DNA of 57,595 nt from a virus, in IMG/VR virus record IMGVR_UViG_3300030248_000076, positions 1 to 57,595 of that record. The stretch is one strand, 5' to 3'. The translations under genes were made by a program, and so were the position numbers. Under the pieces are notes generated by a model. The model made no database searches. It was not told where the DNA came from and saw only the letters and a program-made list of their open reading frames with translations. This document shows positions 1-8,282 of this stretch, piece after piece; the first letter of the stretch is position 1, and each line of letters starts with the position of its first letter.

Positions 1-9
1 CCCCCCCCC
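1..9 (+). repeat. Poly-C homopolymer (9 C) in the 5' end of the glycosyltransferase gene; same tract as 57473-57481
   Basis: Read directly. It lies between upstream ATG codons and the GT25 body. Confidence 0.9.
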
Positions 10-123
10 AACCAACATTCTTCGTTTAGTGGTTAACCTTGATCGCTCGGCCGAGCGCCTAGAATCGATTTCAAAACAACTTTCCGCGCAGGGCCTCTCC
101 TTCCAACGCATCCACGCTATAGA
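1..123. repeat. Terminal direct repeat, copy 1 (identical to 57473-57595); circular-assembly overlap
   Basis: Base-by-base comparison of the window start and end. The repeat cuts through a gene, so it is not a physical genome end. Confidence 0.95.
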
Positions 124-781
124 CGGTCGTAAATTGAGTTCTGAGGAACTCGCCCGGCTAGAGGCCCCCTACGATGCCCCCGAGAAATTCGTCTTCAGAA
201 AAGCGCTGTGGCCAACTGAGATTGCATGCTTCCTATCGCACGCAGCCTGTTGGGAAAAGCTCGTAAAAAGCAACTGCGAATGGGGCTTGATCATGGAGGA
301 CGACATCGTCCTATCGCCCCGCTTCAAGCTGTTCGCTACCTCTTCCGATTGGATTCCTCAAGGGGTCCACGTCATCCAGCTCCACGGGTCCCGTCAAACG
401 TTCACTGTCGGAGAAAACTATCCAGTTCATGACACGGAATTGTTTCGGATCATCCAGCCAACACCGCTTTGCACCTTTGCGTATCTGATTCATCGCGAAG
501 CCGCTGCCTACGCATTAGCTACCTATATGCCGATACCGGCTCCCGTCGACGACTGGCTGTTCTGTCCTTACTCCGACTTCGCGAAACGTTTCCCTCCGCA
601 TAGATTGCTTTCGGCTTGCGTCTGGACGCTTGATGGCCCATCGAACATCGGAGACCGAGCCTGCCGCAGACGCCTACCGACGAGCGTAAAAGTGCGTTTG
701 CTTCGTGCCATCAAGTCCGGTGGCTATCGCCTTACAACGATGTTCCAAAAGAAACGTTCTTTAACGCTGACGCACGATTGA
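29..781 (+). CDS. Glycosyltransferase family 25 (LPS/LOS beta-1,4-galactosyltransferase-like, LgtB/Lic2 type). The GTG-29 start is only the frame limit in the 9-C state.
   Basis: VVNLDRSAERL...IHAIDG...EIACFLSHAACW...LIMEDDIVL matches the LgtB/Lic2-type layout. The frame stays open upstream through the poly-C tract. Confidence 0.8.
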   Translation: MVNLDRSAERLESISKQLSAQGLSFQRIHAIDGRKLSSEELARLEAPYDAPEKFVFRKALWPTEIACFLSHAACWEKLVKSNCEWGLIMEDDIVLSPRFKLFATSSDWIPQGVHVIQLHGSRQTFTVGENYPVHDTELFRIIQPTPLCTFAYLIHREAAAYALATYMPIPAPVDDWLFCPYSDFAKRFPPHRLLSACVWTLDGPSNIGDRACRRRLPTSVKVRLLRAIKSGGYRLTTMFQKKRSLTLTHD

Positions 782-835
782 GGATCGTCCTATCGCCTAG
801 AGCGGGGGTGCCAACTTTCTCGATAGTTAACGCCG

Positions 836-1300
836 TTATGCCCGCTCGTAAGGTCTAGGCCAGAGCTCACACATTGTCCCTACGGACTTTGCAAACGCCT
901 CTTTCAGTTGCTCAAGCGTGACTGTCGCGACCTCGTCGTTTGCCAACACCCAGTCGAAAGACGAGAGCCCTGAAATCTCAGCCGCGCGAATAGCGTTCCC
1001 CATTCTAGTTTGGGCACGCTCTCCACCATCAAAGACCATCCCATCGACCTCGACGAGGATTGCGCCAACCTGCTCAGCTCTCTCGCGCTTTGCTTCTGCG
1101 AGATGCCTTGCCTCCAACTCTTCATCTGGAATCTCAGGCTCATAGCCCGCGACGTAATAGCGTCCATCGTAGGCTTGCTCTACTTCTCCAACTTCCGTAT
1201 AACCCATTGCTTCGAACCACTCGATGTCCTCACCAATGGCAATAAGCACCTCTTTGGTGTTCTCATTTTGAATCTTGTATCTTTGGGTCATAATATTCAC
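836..1300 (-). CDS. Tail fibre assembly chaperone (DUF4376-like)
   Basis: Last gene of the fibre module. Acidic N-terminal half, and the C-terminal ...FDGGERAQTRM...WVLANDEVATVT pattern is typical of Tfa-type chaperones. Confidence 0.6.
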   Translation of the reverse strand: MNIMTQRYKIQNENTKEVLIAIGEDIEWFEAMGYTEVGEVEQAYDGRYYVAGYEPEIPDEELEARHLAEAKRERAEQVGAILVEVDGMVFDGGERAQTRMGNAIRAAEISGLSSFDWVLANDEVATVTLEQLKEAFAKSVGTMCELWPRPYERA

Positions 1301-1923
1301 ATCATTTTATGGAAATAAATCTTGCCTGGATTGCTAACGGTATATGTTTCTCCGGCTCGTACAGGGAGCATCATTGTCGCATTCCCAGGGTATCTGTTTT
1401 GATAGAACTCAAGAATTAAGGCACCGCTGGCTTTGTGTATGACTTTCCCGCCCGTATAGTCACCGCTATTCATATTTTCGAGTCTCAGCCAACCATCTTC
1501 GCTCGGAGTGTAATCCCCTGCACCAATTTGAACGTACGATCCATAGTTAGGCATCATCCGTGCCGTAATAGGAATAGTTACATTCCCATCAGTTCCCGGC
1601 GAAATTCCGTTGACACTACGAACGAGATTGGGCTTACCGCTCACGCCCGTCCAAGGCACCGTATCCGCCGTTCCTGCGGTCTTCGCCTTGGCGTTGATGC
1701 CCAAGTACGTCGAGGCGGCGTCGGCCTTCGTGAGGTACGGTGTCAGGTTGGGTGCGGGTGCCTCGGCCGCCGAAATCGCCCCAATGTTCTTTCGCGCCTG
1801 CGCTTGCTGAGCGGCAGTCAGCGTCTGAGGCGTTAGCAGCACAACCTCATCCTTAAGCGCCAGTTTGGAGAAAAGCTGCTGCTTGAAGTAGGTCAGGCCA
1901 GCCAGATCGAGAAATGAAGCCAT
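1297..1923 (-). CDS. Tail fibre / receptor-binding protein (short fibre)
   Basis: N-terminus MASFLDLAGL is shared with the upstream fibre gene. Overlapping stop/start with the chaperone gene. Confidence 0.6.
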   Translation of the reverse strand: MASFLDLAGLTYFKQQLFSKLALKDEVVLLTPQTLTAAQQAQARKNIGAISAAEAPAPNLTPYLTKADAASTYLGINAKAKTAGTADTVPWTGVSGKPNLVRSVNGISPGTDGNVTIPITARMMPNYGSYVQIGAGDYTPSEDGWLRLENMNSGDYTGGKVIHKASGALILEFYQNRYPGNATMMLPVRAGETYTVSNPGKIYFHKMM

Positions 1924-1942
1924 GAGACTTTTCTCCTAGAGA

Positions 1943-2803
1943 TTAAGCAAAGAGAGCATCAATGTCGGCGGTGGCAACTGCCGTGACGGAGAACGAACCA
2001 CCCAACGGATCCCAAGTCGGCGTATCGCCGCTAGTGCGAGCGACGTTCGTGCCCGCGGGATAGGTCTGACCATCGAGATCAAACGCCGCTTCGATGTTGT
2101 ACGTGTCACCGACAGCCGCATCAGCCGGAAGATCAGTAAAGGTGGCAACCGTGCCCTTCCAAGAAAGCACGCTGGTAAAGTCAGCCTTGAGCGCGTAGCC
2201 CGAAAGATCAATGTTCACGCCCTTGGAGTTGATCGGGAGAGCATTGCCATTGACGCTGACGGCTTCAATGACGTTTGCCTGAGCACCAGCTGCAATGCCT
2301 TCAAGCTTCGCAAAGTCAGCCTTAGACATCAGGCCGTCAGCAGTAGCAGAAGCAAGGCCGTAAGTCGTGTCCTGAGCCGGGATGCCGAGAGCGGTAATGT
2401 CTGCTTTCGTGACAGCCGTAGCGGTCGAAACGGCGCCGGTTTCAGTGACGGTGATCTTGTACAGAGCGGCATCTTCATGAGCTGTATAGGTAGCAGGCTC
2501 ATAGACGACAACTTCCGTACCGTTGATCTTGACGTTGCCGTTGGTCGTAGATTCTTCGACCTTCGTGGCGCCTGCGGCAATGCCGGCAAGCTTGGCGAAA
2601 TCGGCCTTTGACATAAGACCGTCGGCTGTTTCGGTCGCGAGAGAGTAGACCGTGTCCGGAACCGTGAAGGTGCCGAGAACGGCGCCCGAGATGGCGCTGA
2701 GCGTTACTACCTTGCCGGCAATGGAGATACCGCCCGCGGAGACGGCCTTGATTTTGGAGTCGTAGTGGGAAAGACCGGCAAGGTCAAGAAACTGTGTGGC
2801 CAT
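1943..2803 (-). CDS. Tail fibre protein with a repeated ADGLMSKADFAKLxGIAAGA motif
   Basis: N-terminus MATQFLDLAGL. Two copies of a phage fibre repeat motif, and the position is within the fibre module. Confidence 0.65.
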   Translation of the reverse strand: MATQFLDLAGLSHYDSKIKAVSAGGISIAGKVVTLSAISGAVLGTFTVPDTVYSLATETADGLMSKADFAKLAGIAAGATKVEESTTNGNVKINGTEVVVYEPATYTAHEDAALYKITVTETGAVSTATAVTKADITALGIPAQDTTYGLASATADGLMSKADFAKLEGIAAGAQANVIEAVSVNGNALPINSKGVNIDLSGYALKADFTSVLSWKGTVATFTDLPADAAVGDTYNIEAAFDLDGQTYPAGTNVARTSGDTPTWDPLGGSFSVTAVATADIDALFA

Positions 2804-2823
2804 AATTTTCTAATTCCTGGTCG

Positions 2824-3108
2824 TTAAAAAAGGTTGTCAATAAGATTGGTTTGGATCGCGGTGGGCTTGTCGGATTTGATCTTTACGATCTCCTCCGCGT
2901 TTTTGTCGACGCCCGCATCCGTCTGATTAAGTCGCTTTGCCGTGATGAGATCGCCGGGCTGCCAGTTAACGGGATCGTAGGTGTCCTCGGGCACCTCCTC
3001 GTCCGTCACTGCCAATACCTGCGCTCGCACTGCGGGCGTGGCGGCTTTGGTTGAAAGGCGCTTTAAGCTCCGCCTTTCAGGAGCAGAAATGGTCCGAATG
3101 ACGTTCAC
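2824..3108 (-). CDS. Small fibre-module protein, function unknown
   Basis: 94-aa ORF. Its WQPGDLITAKRLNQ motif resembles the N-terminus of the collagen-like protein at 19969-20544. Confidence 0.45.
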   Translation of the reverse strand: MNVIRTISAPERRSLKRLSTKAATPAVRAQVLAVTDEEVPEDTYDPVNWQPGDLITAKRLNQTDAGVDKNAEEIVKIKSDKPTAIQTNLIDNLF

Positions 3109-3125
3109 ATTGCTTCTCTCCTCTC

Positions 3126-4160
3126 TTAGTTAAAGACTGAGTCAATTTCTTCTTCGGTCATTGGCGTGAACGATGAGGCCGCGTCTTCGGCGCGTTTTGC
3201 GGCATCTTCTGCATCCGTGGCGGATTGGGCCGCAGCTTCTTCTGATTTCCCGGCATTAGTTTCGGAAGTTGTGGCGGCGTCCTCACTCAACTTGGCAGCC
3301 TCCGCGGATTTCTCTGCCGCAGAAGCGGCGCTAGTGGCGGTTGTGGCCGATGTTTCTGCGCCCGAGGCACTTGCTTTGGCCTGCTCCGCGTACCATTTGG
3401 CGGAATATTCGTATCCATCAACGGTGTAATCGAGCGGCGCCGTTGGGTCGTCAGGATCTTCTGTCCCAGTCGTCCACGTCGCCCACTTCTTCGCCAAGTC
3501 CGCGTTTGCGGATGACTGACTAGCGCTAGATGCTGAATCCTGTGCAGACGTTTTGGCATTGTTCGCTTGAGTGGTGGCCTCGTCTTTCAAAGTCGTCATG
3601 ACTTCAATGGCCGCCTCGGTATCTACAACCGCCTGCTGCGCTATTTGTTTGGCTTCGCTCGCGGTAGTTTGCGCATCGCTCGCAACGTTTACTGCGTGAT
3701 TCGCTGCATCAAGCGCCGAACCGGCGGTAGTAACCGCGTCGGTTGACAACTCAAGAGCTGAATCTGCCGTGGTAACCGCGGTGTCGGCTGTCTTTATGGC
3801 TGTTTCGCTGTTTGCCTTCGCCTCATTTGCCGTTGATACCGCCGTTGCAGAATTCGACTCGGCAGTAGTGATTCGCTCATTCCACGAATTCACCACAGTG
3901 GTCAAAGAGGTCACCTGACTCAGAGCTGAATTGGCTGTATTGACTGCCGCGGAGGCCGCAGACTGCGCTGAGTCGGCGGTGGTGAGCGCCTGATTGGCAA
4001 TTCTTAGTGCTTCTTCGGTATTTGCGACGATCTGGTACGTGTACTCTCCGACCTCGTTAATCGCATCTTCGGTCTGAGTCAGGACGCTTTGACCGTCAAT
4101 TGTCCCGACTGAGTTCCGAACGTAATGGAACTGGAACTTTTTCGTATCAGCAGAGGCCAT
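3126..4160 (-). CDS. Ala/Thr/Ser-rich fibrous tail fibre protein
   Basis: Low-complexity coiled/fibrous sequence plus a KWATW...YSAKWYAEQAKASA fibre-type motif. Follows the terminator after the main fibre. Confidence 0.6.
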   Translation of the reverse strand: MASADTKKFQFHYVRNSVGTIDGQSVLTQTEDAINEVGEYTYQIVANTEEALRIANQALTTADSAQSAASAAVNTANSALSQVTSLTTVVNSWNERITTAESNSATAVSTANEAKANSETAIKTADTAVTTADSALELSTDAVTTAGSALDAANHAVNVASDAQTTASEAKQIAQQAVVDTEAAIEVMTTLKDEATTQANNAKTSAQDSASSASQSSANADLAKKWATWTTGTEDPDDPTAPLDYTVDGYEYSAKWYAEQAKASASGAETSATTATSAASAAEKSAEAAKLSEDAATTSETNAGKSEEAAAQSATDAEDAAKRAEDAASSFTPMTEEEIDSVFN

Positions 4161-4183
4161 TTGCGCCCTCTAGGAAAATTGGT

Positions 4184-4209
4184 AATAAAAAAGGCCGATT
4201 TCTCGGCCT
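4184..4209 (-). terminator. Intrinsic terminator after the tail-fibre/invertible region
   Basis: Stem aggccga/tcggcct with a 4-nt loop, followed on the minus strand by TTTTTTATT. Confidence 0.75.
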
Positions 4210-4232
4210 GTTTGAATCTTTTTTGTTGAGTG

Positions 4233-4251
4233 AGATTCCATCACACACCCA
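4233..4251. repeat. 19-bp inverted repeat, left copy (agattccatcacacaccca)
   Basis: Exact reverse complement of 4989-5007. Same codon phase (IPSHTH) in both fibre tips. Confidence 0.9.
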
Positions 4252-4618
4252 TTCGGGCGCTACGGGCAGCGCCGGCTCGCATTCTCATAATCGCGGGACC
4301 ATGAATATCACCGGCAAAATTTTGGGATGCAACGAAGAAGATGCCTATCCGGGTGCCGAAGGGGCGTTTTACCGAGACGGGATGTCGTCAGGCGGCAAAG
4401 GCGGCTTTTCTGACTACAACATTTCGTTTGATGCGTCGCGTACTTGGACCGGATCAACCAACTCAACGGGGTCGCATACGCACTCGTTGTCCCTCGATGC
4501 AACAGGCGGAGGAAAGGGACATACGCACTCCCTTACAGGTGAATCGCACAGCCACAAGATCAGCCTGCCCCTTCCTCCATTTTTTAAGTTGGCTTTCTTT
4601 GTGAAGCTCCCCGAATAA
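4235..4618 (+). other. Silent, promoterless alternative tail-fibre C-terminal cassette (127 aa)
   Basis: IPSHTHSGATGS...PLPPFFKLAFFVKLPE is homologous to the last 128 aa of the fibre at 4619-5674. No start codon or RBS of its own; the upstream part of the tracked ORF runs through a terminator. Confidence 0.8.
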
Positions 4619-5674
4619 TTACTCGGGCAACTTCACGAAATATGCGAGCTTGAAAAACGGCGGCAGCGGAAGATCAATTGCATGCGAGTGTGAGGCGCCA
4701 TCAAGCGAATGTGAGTGCCCTTTGCCGCCACCGGTATTGTTTAGCGACATCGTGTGTGAGTGCGATCCAGCCGCACTGGTTGAACCTGTCCAATTTCGAG
4801 CGGCGCTGAAAGAGCATTTGAACGAAGCATTTTCTGAGTCTCGATTGTCACTGTTTGGGCATGTTCCGTTTGAATAAAACGCGCCTTCAACGTAACTGAT
4901 TTTGTGATCGTCAACGGGGAAGGAACCAGTGATATCCATTGTCCCGCGCGTGTGAGTGTGTCTCCCTGCCGGGGATGTTGAGCCGCTGTGGGTGTGTGAT
5001 GGAATCTGATCAATCGAGAGAATCGTTTCACCGACCGTACCGGCAATTTTCGCCTCAGCGGTCGTGACATTTTGGGAGCCTCCCGTTGCACCGGATTCAT
5101 CTACGGTTGACGGCAAAATGAACTTGCCTACGAGGTTCGGAACGGTACCGCCCAAACCATCATCGCCGCCGTCACACAGCACATAGCGCTCATCTGCAAC
5201 ACTCTCGCCCCAAGGAATCAAGCGGCGCCCATCAGAACCGCCCAGCTTGCAGTTGTAGAAGGGCGTGATCTGCCCCGCGATGACGCTGGGAGCATCCATG
5301 TTTTTCCACACGGTTTTATCACTGCCGGGTGCTACTGCGGTGGTGCTGGGCCCATTGGCCACAAGGCACCTAAACTTTTGAGAACCCTGAAAAACTTCGT
5401 TGCCGGGCTCATAGTCAAGCACAGCGGAATATTTCATGATGCCGCCCTGTTGGTACCAGACGAGAAATTGCGACAAGAGGAAGAGGGCCCCGTTGAAGTC
5501 TTCGCGCTTCGGCGGGATGCCGCCCTCGCCGATCGGCATGGCGTTGACGGGGCCGAAGCCCACTTCTTGCGAGAAGCGGCCCGTACCTGCCTCCATCGCG
5601 GTGCTCGGCGGGATCGTCTTGTCGCCGCTTTCGGCGATCGCCGCCGTCAGAAAGTGTTGAGGATATTTGCTCAT
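4619..5674 (-). CDS. Tail fibre protein with an HxH-repeat C-terminal tip
   Basis: Start MSKYPQHF chosen over the longer tracked ORF. Conserved fibre N-domain, and a tip with SHTHS/RHTHT/SHSHT/GHSHS/SHSHA motifs. Confidence 0.8.
   Translation of the reverse strand: MSKYPQHFLTAAIAESGDKTIPPSTAMEAGTGRFSQEVGFGPVNAMPIGEGGIPPKREDFNGALFLLSQFLVWYQQGGIMKYSAVLDYEPGNEVFQGSQKFRCLVANGPSTTAVAPGSDKTVWKNMDAPSVIAGQITPFYNCKLGGSDGRRLIPWGESVADERYVLCDGGDDGLGGTVPNLVGKFILPSTVDESGATGGSQNVTTAEAKIAGTVGETILSIDQIPSHTHSGSTSPAGRHTHTRGTMDITGSFPVDDHKISYVEGAFYSNGTCPNSDNRDSENASFKCSFSAARNWTGSTSAAGSHSHTMSLNNTGGGKGHSHSLDGASHSHAIDLPLPPFFKLAYFVKLPE
4989..5007. repeat. 19-bp inverted repeat, right copy, inside the expressed fibre gene
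   Basis: tgggtgtgtgatggaatct is the reverse complement of 4233-4251. Confidence 0.9.
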
Positions 5675-5733
5675 GATTCCCCTGAAAAAAAGCAAACCCC
5701 GGAAGGTGTGATTCTTCCGGGGTTCGATGCCCA

Positions 5734-6384
5734 TTAAGGTTTCCTATGCGATAGCCTGCTTGGCTTTGCCAGATCTTCTCCTGACCACCTCAGCTTGACG
5801 GCCCTCTGATACACAATCCAGTAAGACAGCCCTGTCATTTCTGAGATTTCCGAGATCGTTCTCTTCTTCCCTCTGAAATAGATGCGTAAGGTTTTCGATC
5901 GGTTGTTCGAGTTCTCCTTCCGTGTGACCCATTGACAATTCTGAGGACTGTATCCCTTGTCGTTGTCTATGCGGTCAATCTCTAGATCATCACTGTACCC
6001 AGACGCATCAGCCCACCGCTTGAAAGACAAAAAGTCTTCTTTCCACTCCTCGCAGACGGTGATTCCTCTTCCGCCGTACCGAGAGAACTCCTTGTGGACG
6101 GGCCTGTAGCATCGGTTTTTCATGGCGCACCAAATCGAATAGATCCTCGGCCTGTTTGTCCGAGAGCCGAACCCGTGCGTCATTAAGCGGTCTCTTGCCT
6201 TTTCGCTGTGATAGCAACCGCAAGACTTCGTGTTGCCGCTCTTCAAAGATGGGCCGTAAACATCTAGCTCATTCCCGCAGTCACACACGCAGTGCCACCT
6301 GACGCGACCAGAGGAGGTTCGCTCCCCTTCCCTTGTCACCGTGAGACGCCCAAAGCGCTGCCCAAAGAGATCATCTTTCCGCAT
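5734..6384 (-). CDS. Free-standing HNH homing endonuclease (HNH_3-like) with a C-terminal HTH
   Basis: GRLTV...RWHCVCDCGN...SCGC zinc motif, LEIDRIDNDKGYSPQNCQWVTRKENSNN HNH motif. Inserted between baseplate and fibre genes. Confidence 0.8.
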   Translation of the reverse strand: MRKDDLFGQRFGRLTVTREGERTSSGRVRWHCVCDCGNELDVYGPSLKSGNTKSCGCYHSEKARDRLMTHGFGSRTNRPRIYSIWCAMKNRCYRPVHKEFSRYGGRGITVCEEWKEDFLSFKRWADASGYSDDLEIDRIDNDKGYSPQNCQWVTRKENSNNRSKTLRIYFRGKKRTISEISEMTGLSYWIVYQRAVKLRWSGEDLAKPSRLSHRKP

Positions 6385-6430
6385 GTTTTCACCTTTTATA
6401 TAAATGAAACATACGGTACATTGTAATGCG

Positions 6431-7066
6431 TTACCCTATTGGAATACTTCTCCCCGGATTGAAAACGCCCTGATTGAACGGAAGAAGTTGGCTTCCCTCG
6501 AACCCGAAAATCTGTTCATCGGGATAGATGATCAGGTAGTTGGCGAGGACGCCAGCTGGTCTATTTAGAAGCCCGTAGGTCGACAAAATCTGCGACTGCA
6601 TATCGGGAATCGCGCCGATGATGACGACCGATGAAATTGCCATGTCTTGGTAGTCGACGACAAAAACTACCGTATCAGTAAGCATCGAAAGAAGCCGATT
6701 TGCCGCATCGGCGGTGGCGTTCGCAATGTTGCAAAGCGCTCGATAAAAAATCAGGAATCGATAGTAGTCATCGTCAAAGCGAACATACTCGCCGTTCACT
6801 TTGATGTACCGATCTACGCCTACGCGCTTGCCCCACCAATCCAAAAAAACGCCGTAGGCAGTCTGCGGATCTGCTATTGCTTGATGAAACTTGTCGACGT
6901 CCTTCGTCGCGTCAATCCCATCCCGCACTGCCAGAGATAAGTTTTGAAACTGTTGGGAGTGGGAGTATTGGGACTGGATGGCAGCAGAAGCAAGCGAGCT
7001 CACATCAGCCATCGCGTCGACGTCTGCTACATCTTCAAAGTTCTGCCACGTTTCAACATCTGCCAT
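6431..7066 (-). CDS. Baseplate/fibre-attachment protein (DUF2612-like, gpI position)
   Basis: Start MADVETW with a GGAGTGAGG RBS. Follows the Baseplate_J gene; DWWGKRVGV...YYRFLI motif. Confidence 0.6.
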   Translation of the reverse strand: MADVETWQNFEDVADVDAMADVSSLASAAIQSQYSHSQQFQNLSLAVRDGIDATKDVDKFHQAIADPQTAYGVFLDWWGKRVGVDRYIKVNGEYVRFDDDYYRFLIFYRALCNIANATADAANRLLSMLTDTVVFVVDYQDMAISSVVIIGAIPDMQSQILSTYGLLNRPAGVLANYLIIYPDEQIFGFEGSQLLPFNQGVFNPGRSIPIG

Positions 7067-7070
7067 AGCC

Positions 7071-8282
7071 TCACTCCGTGGCGAAAACAAGCGAGATCGT
7101 ATCCGCCGAGATCGATGGTTCGATGTTGGCAGGGATCTCTACAAACGTCCCTTTCTCCCCTGTACCCAAGCCAATAACGACGTCTCGCAAGGGCGTATCT
7201 GTCGCTTTTTGGACGATTGGATAAAACCGAGAGGCATAGGCCGTAGTGGCAAGCTTGATGCGCGGGTTTGTCCCTTCACCCAAAAAATCAGCGATGATTG
7301 CTTCTTTGACAGCTATCTGATCTTCATCTGACATGCCAGTTTCAAAGAAGGTCACTTGAACCTTGAAGTCCTCTGATTCCGGACGTGTTATTTGATAGGT
7401 GTATTTAGCGTCGAAATGGTCCTTCGCCACATACCCGACCGAATAGTTGCCGGTCGTCCCGCACCCCAAATCCTTACTGCGGTAAATCGCCTCAGCTATA
7501 TCGCCATCTTCGCCGCCGACAATGCAGATTGCGATCGAATGGGGATCGATCCGGATGCCGTACTTGGTCTGATACTCGTTCGTGAAGTTTTCTAGAACCA
7601 CACAGTCAAGCACGCCGTCAACGCTTGAAAGCTTTGCCTGAATCGCTTCGAGCGAGCCCAGAGCGTTGATTGCGTAGCTCTGCATGATGCGATTCATGTA
7701 TTCCCCGTCCGGCTCTTTCACGCGTCCTGTGGCGCCGGAGTCGGGGTTCGTGATCGAATCCCAGCCGGCCACAATGGTCACGATTTTCGTAACTGAGTCC
7801 GGCAAAACCTCAATCTCACCATGCTCAACGCTTGAGAAAGTCGTTTGAACCGTCCCCGTTTCGCCGATCGAGGCTCCGCCCGCAGCCGAATGCCTGAATT
7901 GATTGCCCAAAGAGTCCTGCACGATTGCGCCATAGGGAATCGTCGTTCCCTTGAGACCTGTACAAATACAAGTCACGATCGTCGGCTCGGAAAGTTTGCG
8001 CTCTACGCCATACAGCGAACCGAGTGCATCTAAAAAAGCCCCTCGGCTGGTGCTGAGTGAGGACATGGCCGCCAAAAAGGCGATTTCAGAATTCTTCGCC
8101 TGAACCTCTGCGGCAATGATGTCCACCACCTGCCCCATCGGAGAGGTCGCATCTGTATCGAGGACGGGTTGCAACGGATCTGTGCGAAAAGCTTCTTGTA
8201 CTGAGGCCGCAAGATCCGTTCGAACATCTTGCGTCTCGGGGATGACAACGCCTTTGTTGCTATCGAAGTTCAGCTCGGCCAT
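7071..8282 (-). CDS. Baseplate J-like wedge protein
   Basis: Start MAELNFDS. N-terminal region is typical of the Baseplate_J/gp47 family, and synteny follows the gp25-like gene. Confidence 0.8.
   Translation of the reverse strand: MAELNFDSNKGVVIPETQDVRTDLAASVQEAFRTDPLQPVLDTDATSPMGQVVDIIAAEVQAKNSEIAFLAAMSSLSTSRGAFLDALGSLYGVERKLSEPTIVTCICTGLKGTTIPYGAIVQDSLGNQFRHSAAGGASIGETGTVQTTFSSVEHGEIEVLPDSVTKIVTIVAGWDSITNPDSGATGRVKEPDGEYMNRIMQSYAINALGSLEAIQAKLSSVDGVLDCVVLENFTNEYQTKYGIRIDPHSIAICIVGGEDGDIAEAIYRSKDLGCGTTGNYSVGYVAKDHFDAKYTYQITRPESEDFKVQVTFFETGMSDEDQIAVKEAIIADFLGEGTNPRIKLATTAYASRFYPIVQKATDTPLRDVVIGLGTGEKGTFVEIPANIEPSISADTISLVFATE

Noticed and set aside
1-123. Terminal repeat as a packaged direct terminal repeat (T7-like ends)
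   Set aside because: The repeat bisects a coding gene and starts exactly at a homopolymer. The terminase and small subunit look headful-type. An assembly overlap is the simpler reading.
4100-4232. N-terminal part of the tracked 172-aa plus-strand ORF, read as a real gene start for the second fibre tip
   Set aside because: This stretch runs antisense through the start of the gene at 3126-4160 and through a terminator hairpin. It has no RBS and no similarity to the fibre; homology begins only at the 19-bp repeat.
4233-5734. Diversity-generating retroelement acting on the tail fibre
   Set aside because: No reverse transcriptase ORF and no template/variable repeat pair with adenine-specific differences were seen. 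The two tips differ throughout.
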